Source: Chromera velia (Eukaryota). Taken from it: 59,747 nucleotides of DNA. This document shows, piece by piece, positions 32,907-46,018 of the stretch. The stretch spans positions 1-59,747 of the forward strand of contig JAHBMJ010000010.1 in NCBI GenBank assembly GCA_018398765.1, in the 5' to 3' direction. Numbering within the stretch: position 1 is the first letter of the stretch; each line of letters starts with the position of its first letter. Under the pieces are notes generated by a model. The model saw nothing but the letters and a program-made list of their open reading frames with translations, had not been told where the DNA came from and made no database searches. The position numbers and the translations under genes were made by a program.

Positions 32907-34899
32907 AAGCCGGTAAATGAAGAAGAGCCCCTAGCTAAATTCGAGGATTCAGTCGTATTGGCACGATCTTTGCTCAGGCATGTTAAGCAACCCAGTAAAA
33001 CCGGCAGGTTAAAGGCGAGAAGCCATGCACAAGTTAAATTTTGAGGCAGTAAGCTTTGGGAGACGGCATATATTCGAAGACGGCAGTGGAAGAAACGGCC
33101 GGCTGCGGGATGCATGCTGCAGGTATACGCACTATTAGGCTAACACCGTGACTGCTTAAGTGTGGACAGGGATAGCTTAAACACTCTTGTACTAACACTA
33201 AAAATTTTGTCCCAAAAAAGTTTGAAACGCGTGTTTTTATGTGTATGTATAACCAAACCCTCGATCATCACTTTTTATTTTTATATAACTCCACATTTTT
33301 TCTAGCTTAATTCCGTTGAGTCAGACTCGTCAAGCACTATCAAGCACTTGGTAACCACCCACGGCCTCTCTTTTTATAGCGGAATTTGAAAGCAATTTAA
33401 CCATATTTAAGCAATTAAAGTAAATTAAAGTCAGAGATGATAAGAAATATATCTGCGAAGCTTTTTACTGGCTATGCTGTCAGCAAAGTGAAATCGGATA
33501 ATTTAATAATCATTTTCATCTATGGGGAATGACAAACTGAAATATCCGTATATCCAAGATATTTGATGATGAAATATCCGAATATCCAGATATTTGAAGA
33601 TATTTGGGGATATTTATGATATTTCAGGATATTTTAAGATATTTGATGATATTTCATCAAATAATTATTTCAAATAATTTGATTATCATTATCATTATCT
33701 ATCATTATCTTATGTATGAGTCAGACTTACGGACAGACTACGGGTCAGACCTAGGATTAGACTGATATCACGATTCGCGATACCCGAATCAGCTTCATGG
33801 CTATTCCTGGTATATAGGTCGCGGACCATGTGCGGGCCACGGGGGTATGTAGGCATTAGGATCGCATGCGGGCGGTGGTCCCAGCATCAATAACCCCTCC
33901 CCCCGCCCATGGTGGCGCCGGACTGAGGACTTAACTCTGATATCAACAGTCTCTCAGCACAACCAGTCTGAGTCTCTTCAAGTAGCTTTAGTGAAGTGTT
34001 TTGACTCTCACGGTACTTTTTTTTCTCAAAAAAACGAGCAGGGGCAGTTCTGGAAGTCCCTTTTTCCTCTTGTTTTGGATACGCACTACAAGCCTATCTG
34101 TCCTAGGCGTAGCAGATGCAGGGACTTTGGTGCGTTCGCGTGCTCTGGAGCTCTCAAAACCATCTTTAGCTTCTGTTTAAGGTGGGTCGGGTGGCACAAA
34201 ACCCCGACCATCTCCTCCGGACATCGAAAAAAACAGGCGTTTGACCGCTTTCCTTACCTTTAGAACGACAAAACCAGATATCTACAGAACCGGTGCACCT
34301 TTCTGAACGGTTTGAACGTGCTTTTGTGATGAGGACAATCAGTAAAAAGACTTGTATGTGCTATTTTGACGTGTAGCCGACTATTTGGCAACATTAGAAA
34401 TAAGTCGGCTATGCGGCACCGGGGGGGGGGTATTCGTGCCGGGGCCGCCGCCCGCATGCGATGCAATCCAAACATCCCGCGTGCCACCGCGGCCGCTGGC
34501 CCACATGCATGCAGCCCATATATGCATTCCATGCATACATGCTTTTCGGGAGACCAGTTGGCCTCCATATATATATGGCCTCCACGCAGAGTTTTTCGCT
34601 GAGCAAAACATCGCAAAACTGCCTCAGTAACTCTGCATTCCTTCAGTTCGCTCTGAAGTGCTTGGAAATTCAAGTGTTTCCGTTACAGATTGGAGAGCTC
34701 CATCGCTTTTCTATGCAGTACGCTGGCCTCAGTGCAGCTGTGATTTTTCCCTCCGTCGTCTCCACTGATTTTTGAGAGTGCATCCTTGTTGTTGCTTTTC
34801 CCAAGATTTTTCGAGTCACCCTATCAACCTGCCTTTGAGGCAAAAATGAAGGTCGCTTGGAGCATTAACGCTGTGCACCCTGGTATGTCATGTTTATAG

Positions 34900-35540
34900 A
34901 GTGTTCGTCTCCTTTGTTTCTTTTCTCTGCATCCGCCATCCGTACAACCGCGAGGGAAACATTTTTCTTTGGCGAGACAGGCACTTGTATTGACAGAAAG
35001 CAGACTCGTCATCGGTTCCATAGCATGAACAGTGAGTGTATCCTCCCCTAGCTCGACGTCTCTCTTTGTTTTCCTCTCTCCCTACCCACACAACAGCGAG
35101 GCAAACATTTTCCTTCACGAGACAGACCCTTGTGCTGACCTCATCATCGATTCCAAAGCACGAACAGTGAGTGTATCCTCCCCCAGCTTGACGTCTCTCT
35201 TTGTTTTCCTCTCTCCCTACCCACACAACAGCGAGGCAAACATTTTTCTTCGCAAGACAGACCCTTGTGCTGACAGAAAGGAGACTTTTCAGCAGTTCCG
35301 CGCCATAAGCAGTAAGTGTATCCTCCCCCAGCTCGACGTCTCTCTTTGTTTTCCTCTCTCCCCATCCATAGAACAGCGAGGCACAAACATTTTCCTTCAC
35401 GAGATAGACCCTTGTGCTGACAGAAAGGAGACTTTTCAGCAGTTCCGCGCCATAAGCAGTAAGTGTATCCTCCCCCAGCTCGACGTCTCTCTTTGTTTTC
35501 CTCTCTCTCCATCCATCCAGAGAACAGCGAGGCAAGACAG
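34900..35540 (+). repeat. Tandem repeat, unit about 135-147 bp, 4-5 copies
   Basis: GTGTATCCTCCCC.AGCT.GACGTCTCTCTTTGTTTTCC recurs at about 35036, 35171, 35317 and 35464. Confidence 0.85.
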
Positions 35541-35559
35541 ACTTTCCATCGTTTGTTCG

Positions 35560-36530
35560 TTCTTTCCCTTTTCTTCCCTTCCCTTCCGTTCCGTTCCTTC
35601 ATTTCTTCTTGCCTTCCTTCCTTCCATTCCTTCTTCCTTCCCTTCCTTCCCTCCTTCCTTCGTTTCCTTCCCTTTCTTCCTTCCTTCCTTCCTTCCCTTC
35701 CTCCCCTTTCTTCCTTCCTTTCTTCCTTTCTTCCTTTCTTCCTTTCTTCTTTTCTTCCTTCCTTCCTTCCTTCCTTCCTTCCTTCCCTTCTTTCCATCCT
35801 GAGAGACTTCCTTCCTTCCATCCGTATGTTTGTTGGAGAGTCTTCCCTGGTGGAGCCCTTTACGCAAAGGGACGGCAAGGTCCGAACTGCCGAGAAAAAC
35901 TTTGTAGTTGGAGCCATTGATGGGGGCCAGGACGACTTCGGAATGGTTAGAGGGGGGCTTGATATCACCGAGAAAACCAAAAGAAGATGAAGTTTTCAAC
36001 CACGGCTGTTTCAATCTCCGGAGTCCCACCAAAAAACTGGGTGTGGGTGGTTCCTAGGTCACGCTGCGACTCTCAGATTGACAACTAAATCAGGTTTTGT
36101 GCAATGTATCCTTCTCTTTCTCCCTCTCTTCCTTCTTTCTTCCTTTAAGTCCCTTCCTCCCTCCCCTTCTCCCTCCCTCCCTCCCTTCCTTCCTTCCTTC
36201 CTTTCTTTCTTTTTTCTTTCTTTCTTTCTTTCTTTATTTATTTCTTTCTTTCTTTTTTTTTTTCTTTCTTCCTTCCTTCCTTCGTTCCTTCCTTCCTTTC
36301 TTCCTTCCTTCCTTCCGTCCTTCCTTCCTTCCCGGGACCTTCCGTCCTTCCTTCCTTTCTTCCTTCTTTCCTTCCTTTCTTTCTTCCTTCCTTCCTTCCT
36401 TCTCTCCCTCCTAGCTTCCTTCTTTCCTTCCCTCCTTGCTAGCCTGCTTGCTTCCTTTCTTCCTTCCTTCCTTCCCTCTCTCCCTCCTTGTTTCCTTCTT
36501 TCCTTCCTTCTTTCCTTCCTTCCTTCCAAA
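35560..36530 (+). repeat. (CTTC)n/(CTTT)n polypyrimidine microsatellite blocks
   Basis: Seen directly at 35560-35820 and 36110-36530. Confidence 0.9.
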
Positions 36531-37861
36531 AAATGTTTGTCCATACATATCTCAAAATAATTGTAAATATTTTGAGATATTTGTAGACAAATTCAAAATA
36601 TCTTTCTATATTCTAAGATATCACCAGATATTTACAGATATTTGCTAGTATTCAATCAACTGCATAGTCTATTGTATTAGTTATATAATTAAAGATAAAC
36701 ATTTTCTAAAATAAATATCTAAAAATATCTTCAAATATCTTTCCTCTACATAATTTGATGCAGCCAGATATTTAAAGATATGAACTATTATGAAATATCT
36801 GAGATATTTGAGATATGTGAAGATATTTAATGGGGGATAGAAATATCTATAAATATCTTGAAATATCTCAGATATTTCAGTTTATTATTCCTCATAGATG
36901 TTCAAGTTAGTAAAATATTTAATTATACGGCCGGCGATTCTACGTTATTCTGCGCATGCGGCTTTTCAATACTCACCAACAAAATTTTAATATCTTTTAA
37001 GATCTTCCCCTATCTTTCTTCTCTCTTTTCTTCAGGGTATAAGGTAGTATGAGAAGCTAAATAAACAGAAAGCACTTCAATTTGGCTCCCTTTTTATCAC
37101 GCTTGTGGTTTCTGCTGGAAGCTAAAACAAATAACGAGATGACACGAAGTTTTCTCTGCAGTGGGCATTACCTCCACAAAAATAAATATGAAATTAAAAT
37201 GATGGTGTAAGAATGATAAAGACTATTGAAGTCATGATAAAAAAATTTGATGTGATTATTACGCTGATCAACTCAAAATATAATTTTGTTTTAGGAAAGC
37301 GTTTTCCGGTTTTTTTAAAGATTAATGAGATTAGTTTAGACTAGAGTTTAGATTATAGTTAGATACATTTTCTTTTTGGGAGATCTACTTCAAATAATCT
37401 GTCTAGTACTGACCACGCCTAGTGAGAAAGCGTAGAACGTTGCTGCTGTCAGGCTCTGACTCCTTAGAGAACTGAGTCCTTCCGAAGCTAGAAGTATACA
37501 ACGGTCGCGTTTTGTGTACTTGCGGCCGTCAAAATCATACTGCTGACTCCCTGTCCGTACCCATGCGTCCTCACAGAATAAATAGAGGTACCACTTCGCC
37601 GGGAATCCCCCTCCCCTTACCAAGCAACAAAGCAGTCGAATACAGGACAGTCTGAGGCTGCCTGACCCCTCTGACCTCCGACGAAGAAGAGCTCCCCTCC
37701 CACAACTGCGTCCCCTTTCCTCACTCTTCGATCCACCTCCTGCCCCTGCTTTCACTGAATGCATCCATGGAACTGAAAAATCGTCATCCATTTAATTATC
37801 GGTCCATCCACCCACCCACAGCCCTTCGTCATTAAATTTTCAACTCCTCCTCATCCTCTCC

Positions 37862-40800
37862 TCATTGCCAGTCGTCGCCTTCCATGATCTCATCAAGCTC
37901 AGCAATTAAATACCTGAAGGCATCCATGCATCCATGCATGCGAACGAAGATATGCAGAGACGGACTCATGCGGACGTCATTTTTGTGGCCAATCAATCAC
38001 ACAGAGAGAGTGTCCCTTCCTGTTGTCATCACGAACGACAAGGAAGGAAGGAAGGAAGGAAGGAAGGAAGGACTCTTCATGCAGGCAAGAGCACAAAAAG
38101 AAGACTTAGCGATGAAACTGTAAGGCACCCAAACCTCTCTCTCTCTCTCTCTCTCTCTCTGTGCACGAGAGCGCGACTGCGCGTTCTCTCATCTCGGTCT
38201 TTCGTTCTCTCGGTCTTTTCTTGCAACCTTATCCATCTCTCCTGCATTTCCCCCCCGCGGAACCGAACAATTTGACGCAATTAAAGAAAGAACTCACGTA
38301 CTCTCTGCATTCCTTCTCGGTCATCTCCGTAGCACGCCGCCTCTCCACCTTGGGATCGAGGTACTCCCACCAGCCGTCGATCGCATCGTCGAGCTTTTGG
38401 AGATCTTCAGGGTTCCTGCAGGAGGCATGCAGTCAAGTGAGAGAAAACCAAGAGAAAGCAAACGAGGATTCCTCACGGTGGGAAGGAAGACAAGAGAATC
38501 CACAGGTGTGAGAGAGATGAAGCGGCACACTATTAATTCCTCTTCCTTCCGGCCTGCAAGGCACACAAAAGAAAAACCAGTGAGGCAGAACTGTGACGCC
38601 AGCATTTCCTTTTCCTTGATTTCTTTCCATCATGCTTGAGTGAAGGAAGCATCGACAGGGCTCTAGGCAGAGGAGCCTCTTGGTGGGTGTGACTCACTTG
38701 AAAATCCAGTCTTGGATTTCCCGGATTTTCTCCGCAGGGACTCCGATGACCTTCAGCTTCCTGCACAACCAAAGAAACCAGCCGTGCAATCAAAGATTTG
38801 CTTGGTTGTGCCCTCAGGCAAAGCAGAGAAAGAAGCAGAAGCGAAAACGAGAAAGGTGGGGGGAAAAGAAAAGAGCTAAACAAAAAGAGAGAAACCAGAG
38901 CCAGATGGGAGCTCTTTCAGACATCAAATCGGAATAGAGGAGACGCTGGATTCGACAAAGAGAATCAAAAAGGACCAAAGGGGCCATGCGGATCCAATTT
39001 ACAGAGGCACATACTGACTCGAGCAGAGGTAGCAGTTTTTTTGCCAGATTTGCCATTTGCTCTTTTTTCTTGGGATCGGTATCGGACTCTTCGTCCCCGT
39101 CTTCCTCATCCTCATCCCGGTCCTCTTCTTGACTCCATAACTCCTCTTCTTCCGGCCTTGGTTTCCTCTTTCCTCTAGAGGAGGAGGCCGATGCCTCGCC
39201 CTGCCTCCTGCTCGCTGCTGATGCGGACGACGCCGATGCCCCCCCTGTTTGACCCCCCGGCCCTCGCGCAGACGCAGACGCAGATGCTCTTGAAGGGTCG
39301 TTCTTTCCTTGGCCCTTCTCTTCCTTTTCCTTCTTCTTATGCTCCTCTGACTCCGACTCCGACTCTGAGCTCGAGCTAAGGTTAGTGGCCCTTTTTCTCT
39401 GTTCCATCCGTTTCTTCAGAAACCCTTCAGGCCTCGGTTGGGGTGTGGACTCCTCGGAGTCGGAGGAGATCGCGATGGCCTCCCCCTTCTTCTGAGGGGG
39501 GATCTGGGGGGACATGCGGGTGGTAAACAGACGACGGCGGCCTGGAGTCTCTCCCGTAATTTTGCAATCAGAGTCGGACTCCTCCTTCCTAGTAGTTCTT
39601 CCAGCTCTCTTGGATGAGGACGCTGCTGCTGCTGATGCTGCGGATGCACCTCCCTTTGCCGCACTGCTGCTCTGGTGAGGAGACTGAGGGAGTGCTGGAT
39701 CTCCATTTCCAGGTTCCCCCGTTCCCTCTTTTCCCCGCCTTCCACTGTGACGCTCGTTGCTTCTCGAGGCAGACGCTGCAGACTGGTGTGCCTCCTCCTC
39801 CTGCTGTTTTGTCTGGTGCTGAAGCATTTTGGCCAGACTCGCAACGAGCGTCCAGTTCTGGGCCTTTGAGGCAATGTCAAGAGCCTCCTGAAGGGCCGCG
39901 CGGGGGCTTTGCTCTTCCTCCTCTTGCCTCTGCTCCTTCCTTTCCTTCCTATCCACAGAGGCCGAAGCAGAAACAGAAACAGATGCTGCAGCTGCACAAG
40001 AAGAAGAACGGGAAGGCGTGCTTTGCTGTTGGGGAATAGCGTCGAATCCTGGGGGGGGACCGGACTCAATAACTTCCTCCACTCCATCACTATCACTCTC
40101 AACCTTCTCCTCTTTCTTTTGTGGCGACCCTCTCTTACCCAGCTCTCTCCATCCTCTTCCAATCTCCTTGCTGGCCTCAGCACTTCTCTCATTCCTCTCC
40201 ACCTCTCTTCTAGCGTCCGCCCCCCAATCATCTTTCTCTCTGTCTGTCTCCCTTCTCTCACCCCAATGAGACCTCTCAGTCCGGGACTCATTCGATCTCC
40301 ATTTACGGTCACTCTCGTCGGACTCTTCCTTCTCTTGCATTTCCTTACCCCCCCTTCCAGCCTCTTTCTCCCTCCTGCCATCCACACACCCCTCTGACGT
40401 CTCACTCCGCCCCCCCCGTCGGGCAGGTGAGGCGTCTCTGCCCTCCCTTCCCCGCCAAGAGGAACGACCTGTCTCTCTATCTCCCCTCCCGTCGCCACCT
40501 CTCTGAGAAGGAAGTTTCTCTCCCTTTCTTTTTTCGGGCTCGCCCCACTGAGCGCGCAGATTTGCCTCCTCCCTTCTCCTGTCACCACCCCACTGGGGAG
40601 GCGCTCGCTCCCTCTCTCTTTCTTCGCGCGCGGGCTCGCCCCACTGAGCGCGCAGATTTGCCTCCTCCCTTCTCCTGTCACCACCCCACTGGGGAGGCGC
40701 TCGCTCCCTCTCTCTTTCTTCGCGCCCGGGCTCGCCCCACTGAGCGCGCAAATTTGCCTCCTCCCTTCTCCTGTCACCACCCCACTGTGGAGGCGCTCGC

Positions 40801-43800
40801 TCCCTCTCTCTTTCTTCGCGCGCAGGCTCGCCCCACTGGGCGCGCAGATTTGCCTCCTCCCTTCTCCTGTCACCACCCCACTGTGGAGGCGCTCGCTCCC
40901 TCTCTCTTTCTTCGCGCGCGGGCTCGCCCCACTGAGCGCGCAGATTTGCCTCCTCCCTTCTCCTGTCACCACCCCACTGGGGAGGCGCTCGCTCCCTCTC
41001 TCTTTCTTCGCGCGCGGGCTCGCCCCACTGAGCGCGCAGATTTGCCTCCTCCCTTCTCCTGTCACCACCCCACTGGGGAGGCGCTCGCTCCCTCTCTCTT
41101 TCTTCGCGCGCAGGCTCGCCCCACTGGGCGCGCAGATTTGCCTCCTCCCTTCTCCTGTCACCACCCCACCGGGGAGGCGCTCGCTCCCTCTCTCTTTCTT
41201 CGCGCGCGGGCTCGCCCCACTGAGTGCGCAGATTTGCCTCCTCCCTTCTCCTGTCACCACCCCACTGGGGAGGCGCTCGCTCCCTCTCTCTTTCTTCGCG
41301 CGCGGGCTCGCCCCACTGAGCGCGCAGATTTGCCTCCTCCCTTCTCCTGTCACCACCCCACTGGGGAGGCGCTCGCTCCCTCTCTCTTTCTTCGCGCGCG
41401 GGCTCGCCCCACTGAGCGCGCAGATTTGCCTCTTCCCTTCTCCTGTCACCACCCCACTGGGGAGGCGCTCGCTCCCTCTCTCTTTCTTCGCGCCCGGGCT
41501 CGCCCCACTGAGCGCGCAGATTTGCCTCCTCCCTTCTCCTGCCGCCCCCCCACTCAGGAGGAATCTCACTTTCTGTTCCTCTCCCGTTGCCTCTCCCCTG
41601 ACGAAGAACATTCTGCTCCCTCTCTCTCTGCTCTCTCTCACGGCCCGCAGCCTCCAGTTCCTCAAATAGCCCCTCACGTTCTAGCCTCTCCCATTGCTCA
41701 ATCTCTCCTTGGATGGCCTCCTCGTTCCTCTCTCTACGGATTCGCTCCTCCAGCGTCTCCTCTCTCCCTTCTCTTTCCCTTCTGTCGTCCGCCTTGCCCT
41801 GAGGTGTCCCCTTCTCCCGTAGAGGACCACCCCCCCTTTTGCTTTTGGAAGGCTCAGAGGGAGGAGAGTCATCAGGGTGGGGACGCCGAGAGTGCCCCTG
41901 AGGGCCCATAGGAAGACCTGGGGGCAGGTCATGTGACTCTCTCGGACGCCCCTCGCACCCTCCCGTTCTGCTCCCACGCCCTTCAAATCCGTCCACACGC
42001 CTCTCTCCCCCCCCGTCTCTCCGGTCGTCCCTCTCAAATCCGGGAGGGGGGGCGGAGACATTGGGCCTCCCGGTGGCTGCAGGAGGCTCTGGGTGGTTGC
42101 GGGTCTGCCTTTCCGCATGGGGTGCATGAGGTGCGGGGGGAGGGGGAAAACCAGGGGGATGGGAGGGGGCATGGTGATGCTGCTGGGGGCGCTGTGACAG
42201 TCCAGGGGGAGGTGCAGGACGTGCCAGACCGGGTGGGGGTGCAGGCTGGCCCAGTCCTGGAGGGGGCGCGGGTTGACCTGGTCCCGGAGGGGGTGCGGGT
42301 GCAGGCTGTCTTTGAGGTGCAGCTGACGGGGCTGCAGTGGGCTGCTGCTGGTTCATGAAGCCGGGCGAGGGCGCGGCAGGTTGAGGTCTGAGGGGGTTTG
42401 TGGGGGGTTGATGTGCTTGACCCCTCCCGTCTTCGCCCTGAAGGAACTCTCTGAATCCCTCCTCTCGTCCCTTGGGAACACCTCCGGCTGCTGCTGCACT
42501 GTTTTGGGCAAGGGGCGGGGCCCCCCGATGCGCCGCCGCACCACCTGACCACCCCGCTCCGTTGGCAGTCCCCACTCCTCTTCCTGCCTCAGGCGGAGGT
42601 GGAGGCTGGGCTCTCTGGTTTCTGCTGGCGCTGCTCAGAGGACCACCTCCCCACCCAAGTGCGTTCAGATCGTCAGAGCCAGGCGCGTTCACAGTGCCAT
42701 GCGAATGGGCAAATTGGGTCCCTGGAGCGAGTTCCGGAGCAGCGACCCCTCCCTCCTCCTTTCCAGAAGACAAGGCAGAGACAGGCAGATGCACCGAGGG
42801 GAGCGTAGGGGAGGTGGCCATGATGGTCTCCACGATTTGCGGGTCGAATGCCTTCAGATACCTGTAGACCTTCAGGTTGTGGGGATACAGATGGAGGGCC
42901 TCCACTGCCTCCTCAAAAGTAATCCCTGCATGCGGACAGGCGGAGTCAGACAGACAGAAACGGACGCATACAGTGCCACGCACGAGTATGACAATTCAAT
43001 ACTGTAGAAAGAGGGGGGGGGGTCAAGGACAGCAAGCTGAACTACACGAAAGGAAACCCCCTATTATAAAAAGAAAGCGGACCAAGCGGAAGGGAGCAAA
43101 TGAGAACCGTAAACGAGACGAGTGCCGCTATCTTATTCCAAACAAGAAGAGACGATGCAATCTTCTCCCCACGTCTGCACGCCGACCCCCAGGTCTCCCC
43201 TCTCCCCCCTTACTTGCTTGACTGACTGACCTTCAATAATGGAGATTGCGTGAGCGACTGGGACCGCGTCAAGGTCTTTGTATTCCTTCCCAAGCGCTCC
43301 GTCCTTGGTGAAGTCAAACGCTTCTGGAAGAGTCTCAGACTCCAAAAGTAACATGTCTTTCCTGACCTTCAGATCTCTCTCTGTCATCCGTCTCTGCCCA
43401 CTTTGGGAGGAAGAGGAGACGGGAGCTGCAGCTGCAGCCGCAGAGGAGGACGACGAAGGACCCCCTTCCCTCTCTTTTTCGGCTGGCTCTTCCTTTTCCT
43501 CTTGTGAATCTGCGTCTGAATCGTCTCCTTGACCGGCTGCTGCTGCAGCTGCGGCTCTTTGCTGTTGTCTCTTCTTCCCCCCTCTGGGCTTTTTCTTTCC
43601 CCCCCCCCCTCCCTCTGCCCCTCCTTTTGCCCCCCCCTGACCAGCAGCAGGAGCTGGAGGAGGCAACCCTGGAATGGTGTGTGCAGCAGCCTGCTTTTCT
43701 TTCTGCTCAGCAAGTTTGGCTTCAAGCTTCTCTTTGTTTTTATTTTCCACGAGTTGGAACTCCTCTCCCTCCTTCTCTGCCGTCTCCTGCCTCTCCCTCG

Positions 43801-46018
43801 ATACCCCCCCATTGACCCTCCCAGAGACAGGAGACGACGCAGATGCAACGAGGTCCTTCGAAGACCCCATGGGACCTTTTGGGGCAGGGGGTGCGGCACC
43901 CGGAGGTGGCATTCCTGGGATTCTGTGTTCTCTGTGGGCCCTCGCCTTTTCTTCCTCCCATTTCTTCTTCTGTTGCGCCCGTTCCTCCAGCTGCTTTTTT
44001 CTTTTTGACGGCTCTACCTCTGTGAAACCGTCTTCCCCCCCTCCAGCCCCACCCTCATCCCACTCCTCATTACACTCCTGCCAAATCTCCTCTCCCGACA
44101 CGGCACCCATCCCATCGGGAGACGGACCTTGAGAAGAGGAAGAAGAGGCGATTACTGCGGCTGCTGCTGCTGCTGCAGGCTGTTGTCTGTTCTGGTTGGA
44201 GGCTGAGGCGGAGGCAGAGGCAGAGGGTCTGACAAAGTCGTCCCAGTCATCCGTGTCTCTGCTTGCATTCTTCTTGTTGTTGTTCTTGTTCTTATCCTTT
44301 CCCGCATTCCCTCCCTTCCCCCTCCCCCCTTTCTTGTCAGGCACCCACTTTTCTGTACCCCATCCCTCCCCGTCTCCCTCTGCCGCATTGCCCCATCCAG
44401 ATACGTCGGGGTGTCGACGTCGGTCATCGTCTTGTGCGGCTGCCATCTCTTCAAAAGTCATGGGCTTTTTCTTCGCCTCTGCCCCCTGCTTCAAGGCAGA
44501 GGCAGGAACCGGAACCTTCCCGAGGGCAGCAGGGGGCCCAGAGGAGGTCTTCTGCTTCTTCACCTGCAAGTCAAGGGCAACACATCTTGCTTCTCCAGTG
44601 TTTGTGTACAAGAGGTGCATGTATGAATACATACGCATCCACACATCTCCGCGAAGCAGTGCACGCAATGCTGACTGCACATCCTTGACGGAGGGGTGGA
44701 CGGAAAGTCAAGAACGAGACGGCAGGAGGCAAGCGAGTACCCCAGATCTGCGTGATGTGCGACAAGCAGCAGAGAAGAGCCGAGACAGGAGAGAAAAAGG
44801 AAGCATAAAACCGCAACACGTGCTGCCGGAACGTCCGTTCAAAGGCATGATCATGAAGTGGAGAGACGTGAGAGTGACATGGAGGAAGGCCAAAGCGAGA
44901 ATGCTAGAGAATAGGAAAATGCGCCAAAAAGGTTGGAAACAGGCGGTAAAGGGTCCAAACAGCGTGCACTCCCACGCACCCACAGGCACACACATGCATA
45001 CACAAACGTAGGGACGAACAGACATCCCCCTTGATTCATGCCCTTCAACAAACAGCAGACACATTCCACCCCCTCAACTTCTGGAAAAGAAGAGAGCCAT
45101 CGCGCCTATGTGCCTCCTCGCCCAAATTTCCTCACGAAAAAGAAAAAAACATTCCAAGACTCTCAACAGATGCCGACGAACTGACAAAAATCTCGATATC
45201 ATTGCTCCAGCCCCCCACTTTGTCCCCCGACTTCTCCGCAACACGAGCACGGACACGAACGATGTGCCGCACTGCAGTAAGCACAGACAGTTGAGCGAGA
45301 GAGTGACCACAAACACAAGGGAGATACAGGGTGCAGGCAATGCGGCCACAGCCATTCGGTAGTCAAAGCATAAAACCTCGAATACACACACCGTCAAGGT
45401 ATAAGGTAGAGGGAGAGGCACAGAGGAGGGGGAGAGACAGACTCAGCAGGCAGGCAGACGGGCCGCTCTAGTGTAGTTTCGCCAGGACAGAGCACTCCTC
45501 TGTGCAATCCAGGTGGCCCGTACCTCCGTGCTACAAGAAAGGGAGACAACTGAAAGGGAAGGTGGGAGAGGCAAAGCCAAGGAAGATAGAAGGGAAGGAA
45601 GGAGACAGCCCTGTCGTCATTCAAGGCATGGACAGAAAATCAAATGCCCTGTGTACGCTTCAAGAAACGGACCGTTGACAGGAATAGACACATCCGCCTC
45701 AGTGCTCTTCACCTTTTTCTTCAGCTCGAATGATTTGTCTCCCGAGGCTGCGTTGGCCATCTCCACATCGTATGTCACCTTCTTCTTCTGAGCCGACGTC
45801 GACTTGACATCCCATTTCAAAATACACACAGCTTTCTCTCCCTTTGCAGAGAAACTTCGGGCCTCCACCAACTCCCTCAGGTTGAAGACAGAAACCTCTG
45901 CACACACAATACACCCACACAGACAGACGAGGAAGAGGAGGATGTGCACAACAAAAATTGGACCTTCAAGAGTCCTCGAGGCACAAAGCTGCACACAATG
46001 ACCTGGCGTACCTGTCAT
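37862..46018 (-). CDS. About 1950-aa multi-exon protein: FN3-like N-terminus, disordered region, UBA-like domain, PPG[LF] motifs, WG tandem repeats, short helical C-terminus
   Basis: Exons 46012-46018, 45897-(about 45690, end unresolved), 45186-45271, 43231-44563, 39015-42925, 38896-38945, 38698-38760, 38302-38415, 37862-37913; phases are consistent from 45271 onward. FN3-like ILKW..TYDVEM..RHIVRVRAR..GGWS; UBA-like GITFEEAVEAL. Confidence 0.85.
40535..41545 (-). repeat. Coding 96-bp tandem repeat, about 10.5 copies (RRREEANLRAQWGEPAREERERERAPPQWGGD)
   Basis: Period 96 nt, near-identical copies, in frame within the large exon. Confidence 0.95.

Larger units (their letters stand above)
33517..36900. 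mobile_element. Non-autonomous TIR DNA transposon (about 3.4 kb) with subterminal repeats, CACTA/EnSpm-like architecture
   Basis: CATCTATGGGGAATGACAAACTGAAATATC versus reverse complement CATCTATGAGGAATAATAAACTGAAATATC; TT on both flanks; many AAATATC/GATATTT motifs near both ends. Confidence 0.8.

Noticed and set aside
35826..35990. VVGAIDG as a PIF/Harbinger transposase motif
   Set aside because: Isolated match with no further DDE context.
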